Shown in pieces: positions 19,085 through 31,312 of a DNA stretch of 64,000 bases. The notes beneath the pieces are model-generated. The model saw only the letters and a list, made by a program, of their open reading frames with translations, was not told the DNA's origin and searched no databases. The stretch covers positions 7,022,907 to 7,086,906 of the forward strand of contig CAVNZM010000001.1 of the NCBI GenBank assembly GCA_963693365.1, read 5' to 3'. Source of the DNA: Amoebidium appalachense. Its lineage: Eukaryota; Protista; Ichthyosporea. The position numbers were made by a program, and so were the translations under genes. The stretch's first letter is position 1. Every line of letters starts with the position of its first letter.

Positions 19085-19323
19085 GCGTATGTGTGCATGC
19101 GTGTGTGAGAAAATAATGAGGATTTCCTCACGTGTGATTGTAATTTATGCCTTAGTATGCTGGTGTGTCTGTTACTACGAGGATGTGTGACTATGTGAGG
19201 GGGGATGGACCGAGGGCAACAGCCGAACAAAGGGAACATGAAGCATATGTGAAGATGGGCAAGTGTCGTCCTTGGGTGGGCGTAAATCGAAGACATGCCT
19301 GTGTGGTGCGTGGGGCGAGGACC

Positions 19324-19359
<36 letters not shown>

Positions 19360-20400
19360 ACACACACATCCTTCAATGCCAACAATAAGTGCTTGTACAC
19401 GTATACGCATGGGCACTATAGTGCTTGTGTGCTAGTGTTGAATGCATCTACAATCGCCAATTAATCACATGAAAGACATCATATTGTGCTAAACAGCCGA
19501 AAAATACACACAAACAAATGGACGGTGCAAAACCACAAGAGGAACATGTTAAAGAAACACCAAGAAGTCTACACAGATCAGGTGTATGTGTTAAAGAAAC
19601 ACCCCGACAACCGCACAAGTAAGGTGCAGGTTTTTAAAGAGACACTCACCATATCATAACCCATGCCGTCATCATACTGCATCAATCCAAGCGCCTGTGC
19701 TGCCAGAGAAGATGCCCCCCCACCCCCCAACCCAAACATTGAACCCCCCCCACCCGCACCTCCAGCCCCCCCAACACCCCCCCCCACTCCCACCCCCCCC
19801 ACCTCCACTCCCACCCCCAAACGCCCCTGCCCCACCGGCCCGAGTCATAATATCGAGAGCCGTTGCGTCAAATACCGCACCACCCCCCCTCTGTGAGATA
19901 TACTGAAGTATATCCAAAAATCCATCTGGCGACATATCGCTCCCCCCACTGTTTCGCTGTGTCGCACCCGAGCCGAAGGAAAAACCCCCGGCGCCGGTGT
20001 ATCGTGAGCTTGATCCAGCAGTAGTGGTGGTGGTGGTCATTCGGTTGGTCTTTGGTCGTGCCCTGTGTGGCAAGAAGGGTAGAGGGTGAGAACGGCTGGT
20101 GAGTGGGTTGTGTTTAGGCTGTTTTGTGTCGACAGAAAAATGGCCCATCCACACAGGGAGACATGAAAGTACAATGTAGGAAATATCGAGGGTTGATCGG
20201 GGTTTTTTGTTTTGATTGGGGGGGGAGAGGAGGGGAAGGGGGGAGGGGGGGGGGGGAAGTGGGACACAGATAGTGCAACTACACGATGAGAAAAACGGTG
20301 AAGGACACACGATGAATCATGGCAGACAAAAGCAACCACGCAAGTATGCCTCAAACAAAACGCAGCATGCAACATCAGCAAAGCCCAACAGAGCTTGGGG

Positions 20401-20434
<34 letters not shown>

Positions 20435-21836
20435 GGGGCAGGCAGAATAGGGGGCAATTGCACCCACAACCCGTATCAACTGATCCCATTATGTAGGACG
20501 TACGTTTGCTCTACCACACATCTTAATGATTGATGGGCACATAAATAAAAATGACATCAAACACCAATATCCACCATCCTAAGCTACTCTTCCGGTGGCC
20601 CCATTTGACACCATTCTTAGTCTTCAACACACTCAGTAATACTCTAAATTGGCCATCACGGTCTGCTATTGTAGACTACTCCAGACTACATATACGCACC
20701 TGACCGTGTCCTTGTGTCTGCCTCTCAGGTGGCCGGGAAAGTCAGACACGTAGCAGCTTTGGCTGTAGCTGGGTCGGCACGCACAGATCGGACAATTAAC
20801 CTAATGAGATTAAAAGTAACCCACCAATGAGTCGGCAGAGATAAAAACAAACCCATCAATGGATTATCAGAAACAAAAACTAACCAACCAATGAGTTATC
20901 AGAGATAAAAACCAACCCACCAATGAATCAGTGGTGAAAAAACAAATCCAGGCATAAGCAGGATCAAGTATAGGTTCTGCAGAGATTAAAAAATGCAACC
21001 CATTGATCAATAAACCGGAATAAAAGTCTAAATCTCCTAGGCATTGTGAAAACTGGCTTTTGCGGTCTTCCTCTCCTTCCCCCCCCCCCCCCCCCCCCTT
21101 CCCTCCTTTTTTTTCTCCCTTCTTTCTATTTTTCTTTTGTGTGAGGAGAGAGAGAGAGAGAGAGAGAGTGTGTGTGTGTGTGGGGGTGGGGGGGGGGAAC
21201 CAACCTGTGGAGGTAGAGAATCTTCTTCTCCAGATGCAACATGCTCCTCTACGTGCTCCTTCAGTGCACTCTCTGGGCATGCAGGGGGGGAGAGAAGGGG
21301 GGGGGGGGGATGTTAGAGAGGCACAAACGCATCAAACACCGGTCCGCATGCAGACGGACACACACAAGTACACCAACCCACACACGTATCACATACCCCC
21401 AAATGCACAGGAAGAAGGGGGGGGGGGGGGGGGGGGGGGGGGGGAGGGGGGAAACAAGGACGGGGAAAAAGCAGAAAAGCAAAATGAGCCTCTCAAAGTG
21501 CAGGGAGAAGGGGGAGGCGAGAGCAAGTAGGAGAGAGGGAGAGGGAGGGGGGCAGGAAGAGGGGGAGGGGGAAGGGGGGGAAGAGAGAGAGGGAGAGGAG
21601 AAAGAGAGAGGAGAGGGAGAGGGAGGACGTAGATGGGATGGTCGGTCCTTGTTTATTCCCTCTCTCTCTCTCCCCCCCCCCCCCCCCCCCCCCCCCCCCA
21701 CCACTACCTTTCTCCCCCCCATCCCCTATTTCCCCTCCCCCCCATTCCCCCCCCCCCCCCCCCCCCTTCCCCGTTCCTCTCTCTCTCTCCATCCCCCCCC
21801 CCCCCCCCCCCCCCCCGGCCCTCCCTATCCCCACCA

Positions 21837-21873
<37 letters not shown>

Positions 21874-22146
21874 TGCACGAAAAAGAAAAGAAAAAGGAGA
21901 AGAAGAAGGAAAAAAAGAAAAAACGAAAGAAAGAGAACCCCACTCCTCTGTTGTTGTGGGCAAAAGAAGAGTGGGGCGGGAGAAGGGAGGGGATGGGGGA
22001 GACAACCAACCTGTAAAGCCCATCTGTGCGCAGTAAGGGCATGTGTATGTCTGGTACTCGGCAGAGTATGGGTCCCCCCCACCTGCACACACACACCCAG
22101 CAAATCAGTGTGGGTGCAACATCCCTATTCCCGTTGTGTCCCTTGT

Positions 22147-22183
<37 letters not shown>

Positions 22184-22306
22184 TTCCCCCCACCCCCCTT
22201 CCCCCCTTACCACTCCTACATGCTTGAACAGAGACCATCACCAGAGCCTCCACAAAATAACTGGTTGTGACTGTTAAACCTCTCGGCTGTAGCTTATTTT
22301 TTTTTT

Positions 22307-22347
<41 letters not shown>

Positions 22348-22586
22348 GTAGAGACGTGTATGCCTGGATGCCTGGACGTGCCTGTGTTTGCGGGTGTATG
22401 TGCCTGTGTTTGCGGGTGTATGTGCCTGTGTTTGCGGGTGTATGTGCCTGTGTTTGCGGGTGTATGTGCCTGTGTGCGTGTACGTGCGTGCGCGCGCGTC
22501 CTCAGGCTGGGTACCGGTGTGTGGGTATGTGAGCGCTTGTGTGTGTCGGTGTGTGTGTGATTGTGTGTGCCTCTAGGCTGGGTACC

Positions 22587-22684
<98 letters not shown>

Positions 22685-22750
22685 TGTGTGTGTGTAGCGT
22701 TGCAACCCCTCCTCCGCCCCTCCCCCCTTCCAAAAAAAAAAGAAACCCTA

Positions 22751-22819
<69 letters not shown>

Positions 22820-22969
22820 GGGAGGGGGAAAACAAGGCGGGGAGGGGGAACCTAACCTAAATCAAAAAAAGCAACCTCACACAGTAAACACGAAGAAGAC
22901 CCCTCCCCCTCCCCCCTCCCCCCCCCCCCCCTCTCCCCAAACGCACACACATCCTCCCGCCCCTTCACA

Positions 22970-23003
<34 letters not shown>

Positions 23004-23566
23004 TTCACGTATAGTCACCAACTGCGAGAACGCACGCACATAAAACAACAAGAAAAAACAACACCAACACGCACACACACACATCCCCCTCACCCCCAAA
23101 GTAGAGCTCATAGTCAGCCGGGCATATGATGGACTGCATGGGGTGGCTGGCCTGGTGCTGGTCTGTGGTGAATCCTCTCAGGCAGCAGGAGTGGCATAGG
23201 TCAAAGTTGTAGCACGCAAGGCACTTGTGACGTATTCCTACAGGGCGGGAATATGAGAATATGGGTGCGAATACAAGCGTGAATAGGCGTGTCAGGTAAT
23301 AAATGGGTGAATATGCGTGTGTATGGGTGTCAATACAAGGGTGATAAAGGTGTGCAAGGTAATGAAAGGGTGAATATATGTGTGGATATGGGTGTGAACA
23401 CTACTGTGGCCATGGGTGTGAATAAAAGGTTGATATGGGTGTGTGTGAAAATGAATGAAACGTGCTGGTTGAATATGCGTGTAATTGCGCCTTGGAAGTG
23501 TGTGTTGATTGGGAGTGGGAATATGCCTCAAATATGCAGTTGAATGTCCATATGAATATGATGTAA

Positions 23567-23649
<83 letters not shown>

Positions 23650-24167
23650 ATGCTCAAGCATTGGGGGTAGAAGGGGAAGGGGCTTTAGGGGATAGGGGGG
23701 TATAGTTAGAACTACACAGCAGCAAGTACAAACTCACTGAAGACACCATAAAGGGTGGGTGGGTGGGTGGGGGGGGGGGGTGAGATGCGTGTGTGAGTGA
23801 GTGAGTGAATCAGTAAGTGAGTGAGTGAGTGTGTGTGTGTGTGTGTGTTCTGCGTGTGTATGTGTGTGTGTGTGTGCGCGCGCACGTGTGTGTGTGTGTC
23901 GCGTATGTGTGTGTGTGTGTGTGCGCGTGCGTGCGCGCTGGGGCGTGTAGTGTGCGGGTATGCATGCATGTAGTGTTGGCAGGGCCGGGGGGGGGGGGGA
24001 GGGGGGAGGCGGCTGGAGGGAGGGGAGGGGAGGGGGGGGGGAGAGAGAGAGAGAGAGAGAGACCAATGCACAGTAGGAAGTACAAATACAAAAACAACAT
24101 GCTTTTTACGTGGTAAAAGACGGGTGTGAAAAAGCAAGGGAAAGGGGGCGTGAGAGGGAGCCGGTGT

Positions 24168-24198
<31 letters not shown>

Positions 24199-24696
24199 GG
24201 GGGGGGGGGGAGGGGGGGGGAGGGGGGGGAGCAAATGGAAGGCTCTCTTTCCTCCCTTCAGACCTTGAACCCGTACCTATGGCACAAACAGGTAAACATA
24301 CATGCACTCCCCCCCCCCCAACCCCCTCCCCCGGTCCCCCGTCCCCACAACCAATCTACGTGGCTCTTCCGGTCTTCTCTTGCAATATTGCTCTTCGTAA
24401 ATCCCTCCTTCGTTCTCTCTCCATCCCTCCCTCCCTCGCTCTCTCGGGCCCTCTCCCTCTCTCCGCCTCCCCCCCTCCCCCCTCCCACCAATGATAAAAA
24501 AGAAGAAGCAAAAGAAGGGGGAAGAAAAGAAGAAAAAGAAAATGGAAAGAGAGAGGGGGGCGGGGAAGGGTGCAGAGCCCAAAGAAGAGGGGGGAAGGGG
24601 GGGAGGGGGGGAGGGGAGGGAGAGGGGGGGACCTGAGAAGCTGCTTGCCCCACACCCGTCACAGTTAACACCCTCGTGACCGGGGTTTCCGTCCAT
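16380..24696 (-). CDS. KCMF1: KCMF1-like E3 ubiquitin ligase (ZZ zinc finger + Di19-type C2H2 fingers)
   Basis: Exons 24633-24696, 23094-23237, 22011-22082, 21205-21272, 20700-20800, 19650-20062, 18666-18902, 18236-18314, 17141-17336 and probable last exon 16380-16402. Reads HEGVNCDGC..HKCLACYNFDLCHSC..HPMQSII..ELYFGG..YTCPYCAQMGFTESALKEHV..CPICA, with C-terminal DRSLFVSELLMSTLV matching the animal KCMF1 motif DRSLFVQELLLSTL. Two apparent +1 frameshifts fall in G9 runs. Confidence 0.9.
18080..18241. repeat. 37 bp tandem repeat (~4.4 copies) spanning a KCMF1 splice donor
   Basis: Unit GTTCGTACCAAGGAGAGATATGCGTTTAGTGGTTATG; GTACC recurs at 18084, 18121, 18158, 18195, 18232. Confidence 0.92.
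20806..20930. repeat. Degenerate ~32 bp intronic minisatellite (4 copies)
   Basis: AGAGATAAAAAC..ACCCACCAATGA-like units at ~32 bp spacing next to a KCMF1 acceptor. Confidence 0.65.
22378..22475. repeat. 22 bp intronic tandem repeat (4 copies)
   Basis: CCTGTGTTTGCGGGTGTATGTG starts at 22381, 22403, 22425 and 22447. Confidence 0.88.
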
Positions 24697-24714
24697 CTTG
24701 TCCTGTCTCTCTCT

Positions 24715-24768
<54 letters not shown>

Positions 24769-25050
24769 CCATGCGTGCAAGCACACTCGTGCATAGCATG
24801 CATGCGTGTTACTCAACGTGCGTGCGGGAGTGCAAAGTGTGTGTATGCATTTAGGAACGAAAGTCAGTGAGTGTGAGTGTTGGATGTGCGAGTACTTGTG
24901 CACGCAAGATCAACTGAAGTAAATGGCTGGTGCATCTGATCATTTCCATAGCATCAGTATGGATCCAAGGACTTGCATATGCTTGTGCCTATACAGGCTT
25001 ATGACAGCAGTTCTGACGCTTGTATCCACACCCCTGCACATGCATGCCTT

Positions 25051-25143
<93 letters not shown>

Positions 25144-26472
25144 AACACACCACACACCACACAAGCAAACACAAGCGCGCGCAGACACGCGCATGCTCGC
25201 ACCCGTCGATACACGGGCGCACACACGCACACACCGTACACATGCGCGTGCGTGCGCACACACACACACGTGCACACAGACACACAACAAGGACAGGCAG
25301 AACCACCCAAGCATACATCCGGTGACCCACACCCACCCTTATACCCACAAGACAATGCGTAATACAATCCACATGCAGCAAACGTGTGCCAGCAGACACC
25401 CACTTGTGTCCAAACACAAAAGCAAAAAAGGAGGCACCAAAATACGAGTCAAAAAAATCAAAATACACGCACCTATCGGTCGAACCAGCAGTTGAAGCTC
25501 GGCATTCACACAGCGCTCCCCAAGTTTCACCCGCTGCCTGTCACACCTTCACGCCCTCATACTAACTGGAAGATCTTTGCGATTTTGCAAGGTTTCAAGA
25601 AAAATGAGCTTTGGCTTGCAGCACTTCTTTTAACCCCAACTATGTTTTTTCTTTTTTTTTTTTTAAGGCTTGGTTCGATGGAGATCTAGAGAAAGTATGA
25701 CAACTTACCCTACCCAACACAACCTTCAATATTATAGCTGGTAGAGTCGACTGCTTGATGGGATGACCATGGCCAAGGAGATTTTTTGTCGCTCAATTTT
25801 ATTTGCGCAAAAATGCTTTTTGTTGATGACGTCAGCTGAGCCAAAGTAGCGGCCCGATCGCGAACACGAAATCAAACACGGGCACAAGACAGGCAAGTTT
25901 GCTGGTATCACGGCCATCTAGAAACTCCTGGTATATAACTGTAGCTCCTGCGGTGCGTTCACTGTGCGCGGCACAGTAGAGACATGAGCTGGCGCGCATG
26001 GGAGCAGTCCAGGTACATGCATGGGGCTACCACGGTGCCGGGCTATAGCTGCACAATCACGTGCCAATATGCTCATGTGCAACTAACATGTGGATAAACA
26101 CTTAACAGTGTACCACTACGGTGAGCTCTTGCATGTTGCTGCTGCTACTGGCGTGTGAACAAAAAATGCTGTCTTAATCTATAGCGAAAGTGGTGCTCAT
26201 CTGTCAGGGGGAATTCCGTTGAACTTATGAGACCGGTAAGAATTTTTAAAGGCATCGAGTTCCGTTGATCAAATAAATGGTCCAGTGCCGCACGAGACCG
26301 AAGTGCAACGTTGATTTGTGCCTTGAGTTTTTTTTTTTTTTTGCCTGCTGCCCTTCCCCTACCCCCCCCCCCCCCCCCCCGGCACCCCCCCCCCCCCCCC
26401 CCCGCACCCCCCCCAACACTCCCCCCCCCCCCCCCCCCCCCCCCTCAACCAGTACCAGCACCACCACCACCA

Positions 26473-26555
<83 letters not shown>

Positions 26556-26999
26556 GTGACACACACACACACACACACACACACGCGCGTCCGTCCGTCC
26601 GTTCGGGGGAATGCGTATGGGTTATGCATGCCAGGAGCCTCTTTCTCGACCCATAGCCGCCTCAGGCCAAGATCCCTGCTTAGAGCTTCTGCAGGTGGCA
26701 ATTGGGATAACGTTTTCCCGGTTTTTTCCCCTTTCAACGGTAAAGTCTCTATTATTTTTTCTCTGTTTTTTTTTGCCACACGTGTTACTGTGTAAATAAC
26801 AGCTCCGACAGCCAGTGGTACGTGTGCATTCGTGCGTGCGTGCGGCGTGTGTGGGTGTAGTGTGCGTGCGTGCGTGCGTGCGTGCGTGTGTTCGTTCGTT
26901 CGTGTGCGCTCGTGTGTGTGTGTTTGTCGCATGTTTGTTTGTGTGTGTGTGCGTTTGTTTGGGGAGGAGGGGGAAAGAAGGGAAGGGAGGTGTGTGTGT

Positions 27000-27030
<31 letters not shown>

Positions 27031-27647
27031 GGGGGGAGGCTATCATCTGGTGGCCTGATGGCGGGGCCTAGGGGTTTCAGTACGTTTGCACCTCTGGGAC
27101 TACCTTACGTTCACTACGAGTACCCCATTCATTTAGAACCATTTAATTTATTAGGAACTAAGCTACAAAGCTATATAGAGGGCTGTGATGCTGATCACTG
27201 GGGTGGGTGTATTATGCCTAGTGGGTCATGCCATCACTTATGCCTCAGTTATACAACTATTATAATAGTTGTTCTAGCTGAGCTGGTGCAGCATCTCTGC
27301 TCGTCTGCTAAATAATATTGAACAGTAAATCATAAACGGTACAAGGAACTAGCTCCACCAAGTTAGCGTGTATCAAAAACGAGTCACGTGATTATCCATT
27401 CGTACTATATATTCAATATACTCTTGGATCAGAGCAAAAATCGCCGAATGGGGTTATATTCTGAGAGAACAGCACACTCAGTATTAGTAGCTTAGTATAC
27501 TATGATCTAACTACTACATAAGCCTTCAGGTAATGCAGACAATATTTGATGAGGATTGCTGCGTTTGAAAGGTCGCTGAGTTGCCGCGATGCAGAGTTAC
27601 TCTAACATTGTTTTCGAATTCATCCATTCAGCCTTACCCCCCCCCCC

Positions 27648-27683
<36 letters not shown>

Positions 27684-27745
27684 ACCCCACCCCCCACCCC
27701 CCACCCCCTAGCCCCCACCAACCCCCCCCCCCCCTCCCCCCCTCC

Positions 27746-27776
<31 letters not shown>

Positions 27777-28017
27777 AAAAAAAAAAACCACCACCACCAT
27801 CACCATCACCATCACCATCATGGCCACCCCACCTCCCTTTCCCCTTCACTCCCCATCGTACCGCCACCCGAGCCTCGTTGCCCGTCGCGAATGAGCCTGA
27901 GAAGAAGGGACTAGTGCCAAGGAAGAAGGGTTTTGCAGCAAAATATTTTCGTTGAATTTGAGTTGTTTTTAGTAATAACTTCAACCGTTGAGTTGAACAT
28001 GATGTGGGGCTGACCAA

Positions 28018-28065
<48 letters not shown>

Positions 28066-28084
28066 CTCCCCCCCTCCCCCCCCC

Positions 28085-28119
<35 letters not shown>

Positions 28120-28733
28120 ACCCCCCTCCCTCCCTCTCCCTCCCTCTCCTGCCGCCCCAGTTTGCCCCGCTTGAATATGAACCTTTTTTAAATTTACCAA
28201 GGTTTTATTCAGGGCTGCTGCGTTTTGGTAGGTGTCTGGGTCATGAAGATTTATGGTTTCTCATGGGAATAATTTAACTTACTGGATCTCTAGCAGATCT
28301 CAGAGACCAGAATGAGCCAGGCACCGGTCCAATCAAATGTGACCTGGCAAGGCATCAGGAGAACTTGGATCACGGGTGTTTTAAAATTTTCTTCGTTCCT
28401 TTTTCTGCATGAATATTTTAGGGGTGTGATATACTGTGTAACGGTGCATGTCCCGTAACGGTGCTGCCCCACATTTCATTGAAGATCAACACGTATTTGC
28501 TCGGTCGCGGACGCCGCGGGTTGAGTAGATCCGAAAATCAGAGCTACCTCAAAAAGGGACTCAGTGTGTGTGCGCGCGCGTGTGTGTGTGTGTGTGTGTG
28601 TGTGCGTGTGTGTGTGTGTGTGTGCGTCACGGTGCGTGCGTGCGTGTATGTGTGGGTGTGTGCGCGCGTGGGTGTTTGGGTGCGCGCGCGCCTGTGTGTG
28701 TGCGTGTGTGTGTGTGTGTGGACATGTGTCTGT

Positions 28734-28780
<47 letters not shown>

Positions 28781-28922
28781 CGTGTTTAAATGGATGATTG
28801 TGTTGTGTGTGTGTGTGTGTGTGTATGTGTGTGTGTGCATGTGTGTGTGCGTGCGAGCGTGTGTGGGTGTTTGTGTGTGTTTGAATGGATGATTGTGTTG
28901 TATGTTGTATGTGTGTGTGTGT

Positions 28923-28954
<32 letters not shown>

Positions 28955-29192
28955 ATATGTGTGTGCGTGTGTGTTGTGTGTGTGTGCACGTGTGTGTGTC
29001 CGGCCGTGCGTGTGCACGTACTACCTGTGAGTGTGTGGTAGCGTGTGCTTGTGGGTGGTAAACAACTACATGTGTGTGTTCGTGTTTGTTTTAGTGTGTG
29101 TATGCGTGTGTTTGTATCTCTAATACGAGTAAGGGTTTTCCGAGAAAGAATTTTGTGTGTGTTGCTGAGCGCACGCACAATTTTTTTTTTTT

Positions 29193-29243
<51 letters not shown>

Positions 29244-29515
29244 CTATATTGCCCATTCGCATCCCGCAGAGGTCCTGGTGGTCCCATGGTACCACTAATG
29301 TGCCCTATATTGTTGTACCACCGTGACACGAGAGTATTATGGTTCATTTAACTCATAGACAGAAGAATTTCATGCCATTACGGATAATATCCATCCGAGG
29401 AATCGTTACCTGTAGGACGTATCGAGTCTCCAGGCCTAACTAGAGTCTATATCAAATAATCGTATCACGGAGGAGTGAATTAGGATTGGTGGTGGTGGCC
29501 GTGTGCTTGCGTAAC

Positions 29516-29564
<49 letters not shown>

Positions 29565-29844
29565 TGCATGTGTTTGTGAGACTGTAAGTGGTTCATCTAA
29601 TGTTTACTGCTAGTGGTACTGATAAAGCGGCTATCCTAATCAGTAGTATCTCAGCTATCATAAGTTCATTCACATATGTTCACAAACTCTCCACATGATA
29701 GCTCATAATTTAAGTACATCCAAGTCTTTTTACCATCGGCATCATAGCTCGAACACAATCGAAAATTCACACCAATAAATTTCATTGAACCCCGCAACCC
29801 CATTATTTCCACGGGTATCACACACGAATTTTCTAACGAATATA

Positions 29845-31312
29845 TCATACACTTTCCTCAGGTATGGTAGAATCATCACTATTACTCGCCGAAGTTGCTC
29901 CGACATTAACCGCTAACGCCAAATCCCCAACTCCCCCCTTTTCCGTGTTTTTCTTTCCATCCATCCGCGGTGAAATTGCCCCGGCAGCCGTTCTCTCGAC
30001 CACATCAGCTGCCGCCTCTTCTCTGCATGGGTTGTCCCCACCATCACCATTTGTACTTACAGACGTTGTCAACACCATGCCGCCGCGCTCAAATGAATCG
30101 CTTTTTACGTTTTGCGTCGAAGGACGAATAAGACTCGAACCCACACCCCGGTCTGCATTATCACTCCTAGACCTCTTTAGGGAGTAACTTCCCAGGCGCC
30201 CCGGAAGAAAGGCAGAGAGACCCAGAGATGGACCCCGTTCCAATGTTACCTCGTTGGGGGCTGTTATGGTGCCGCTGAAGTCGGCCAAATATAGCCTTGG
30301 GCCCGAACGTAGCCTCAAAGAACGTTGAAAACTCTGGTACCAAAACAGGAAGAAAAGGACGATTTGTGAGTACATGATGACCAGATAGACGTAGTGGGGC
30401 CATGCCTCCAGCCCAAGGACCGTGTACTTTCGGAGGGCAAAGAATACGAGATGCAGCCACCACGTGACACACAGGGCCACGAGCATAACCGTACGGTCCA
30501 GATCGTATCTCTTTAAGTCGGATTTCGCCAAATATAGCGCAAATACCAACACCATTTCGAATCCCGTCACCGCCAATAGATAGATCAACTGGAAGTAGTC
30601 CCATGTCGGATCGTATGGGTCATCCCAAGCCATAAGACACACGCGCATGGTGTCGAACACAAAGCCGATAATCAAAGGAATGGAGACGATTACCAAAAAC
30701 CCGATAATAATCCGGTTGATGTCCTTCGGTTTTGCGCCTTGTGCGCTCGGCGGCAACCATCTAAGCGGTTTCAGTCGTGGGTATCCGTAGTATAGCAACA
30801 CCAACCGTAGTAAAAGCGCCGTTAAGGGGAGGATGGTCATGGGTTTACCCACCCAATAAGGAAACTGCACCACCAGAACGAGGAACCAATAGTTGTCCCA
30901 CCAGCTTTGGGGAATGGCGCAAAAGTTGCTTTCCGTCGAATATGCCAGAACGGCGGAATAAAACAGCGTCAGGGCGTGCCCAACGCATACCACCACAAAT
31001 ACCGACAAAGGGAGAAGCGCCGTTCCTGCCTGGTTGCTTTTCAACTTCCTTCGATGCAGAAGCACGGCAAAAAACGAACCAATGCTGCAAAACATGGCGC
31101 CTACAATCTCAAAGGTGCCAAAAATAAAAGCTTCCTGTTTGCTCAAATCTCTGTCCTCCCAGTTCAAATCTTCGTGTGAAACGATGCCGTAGCCAGAAAG
31201 GGCAATAGCAACGGTTAGCACAACGGAAAAACAGAGAATAAGGAACCATTTTTTTGCGTAAAAGCGAGATGGTGGGGCAGGAAGTCGACTTCGGTGGATC
31301 GTCGTGCTCCAT
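29845..31312 (-). CDS. Orphan multi-pass (7-8 TM) membrane protein, GPCR-like topology, single coding exon
   Basis: 511-codon open frame with eight hydrophobic segments and a ~160 aa Ser-rich, disordered C-tail. The supplied ORF starts at a TTG. An ATG at 31312 (MEHDDPPKSTSCPTISLLRKK), just after an acceptor-like site at 31324-31325, joins the frame if the A7 run at 31249-31255 is really A6. Confidence 0.75.

Noticed and set aside
25500-27600. Higher-complexity patches upstream of KCMF1
   Set aside because: May be 5' UTR exons, promoter or TE debris; no supportable ORF, termini or motif.
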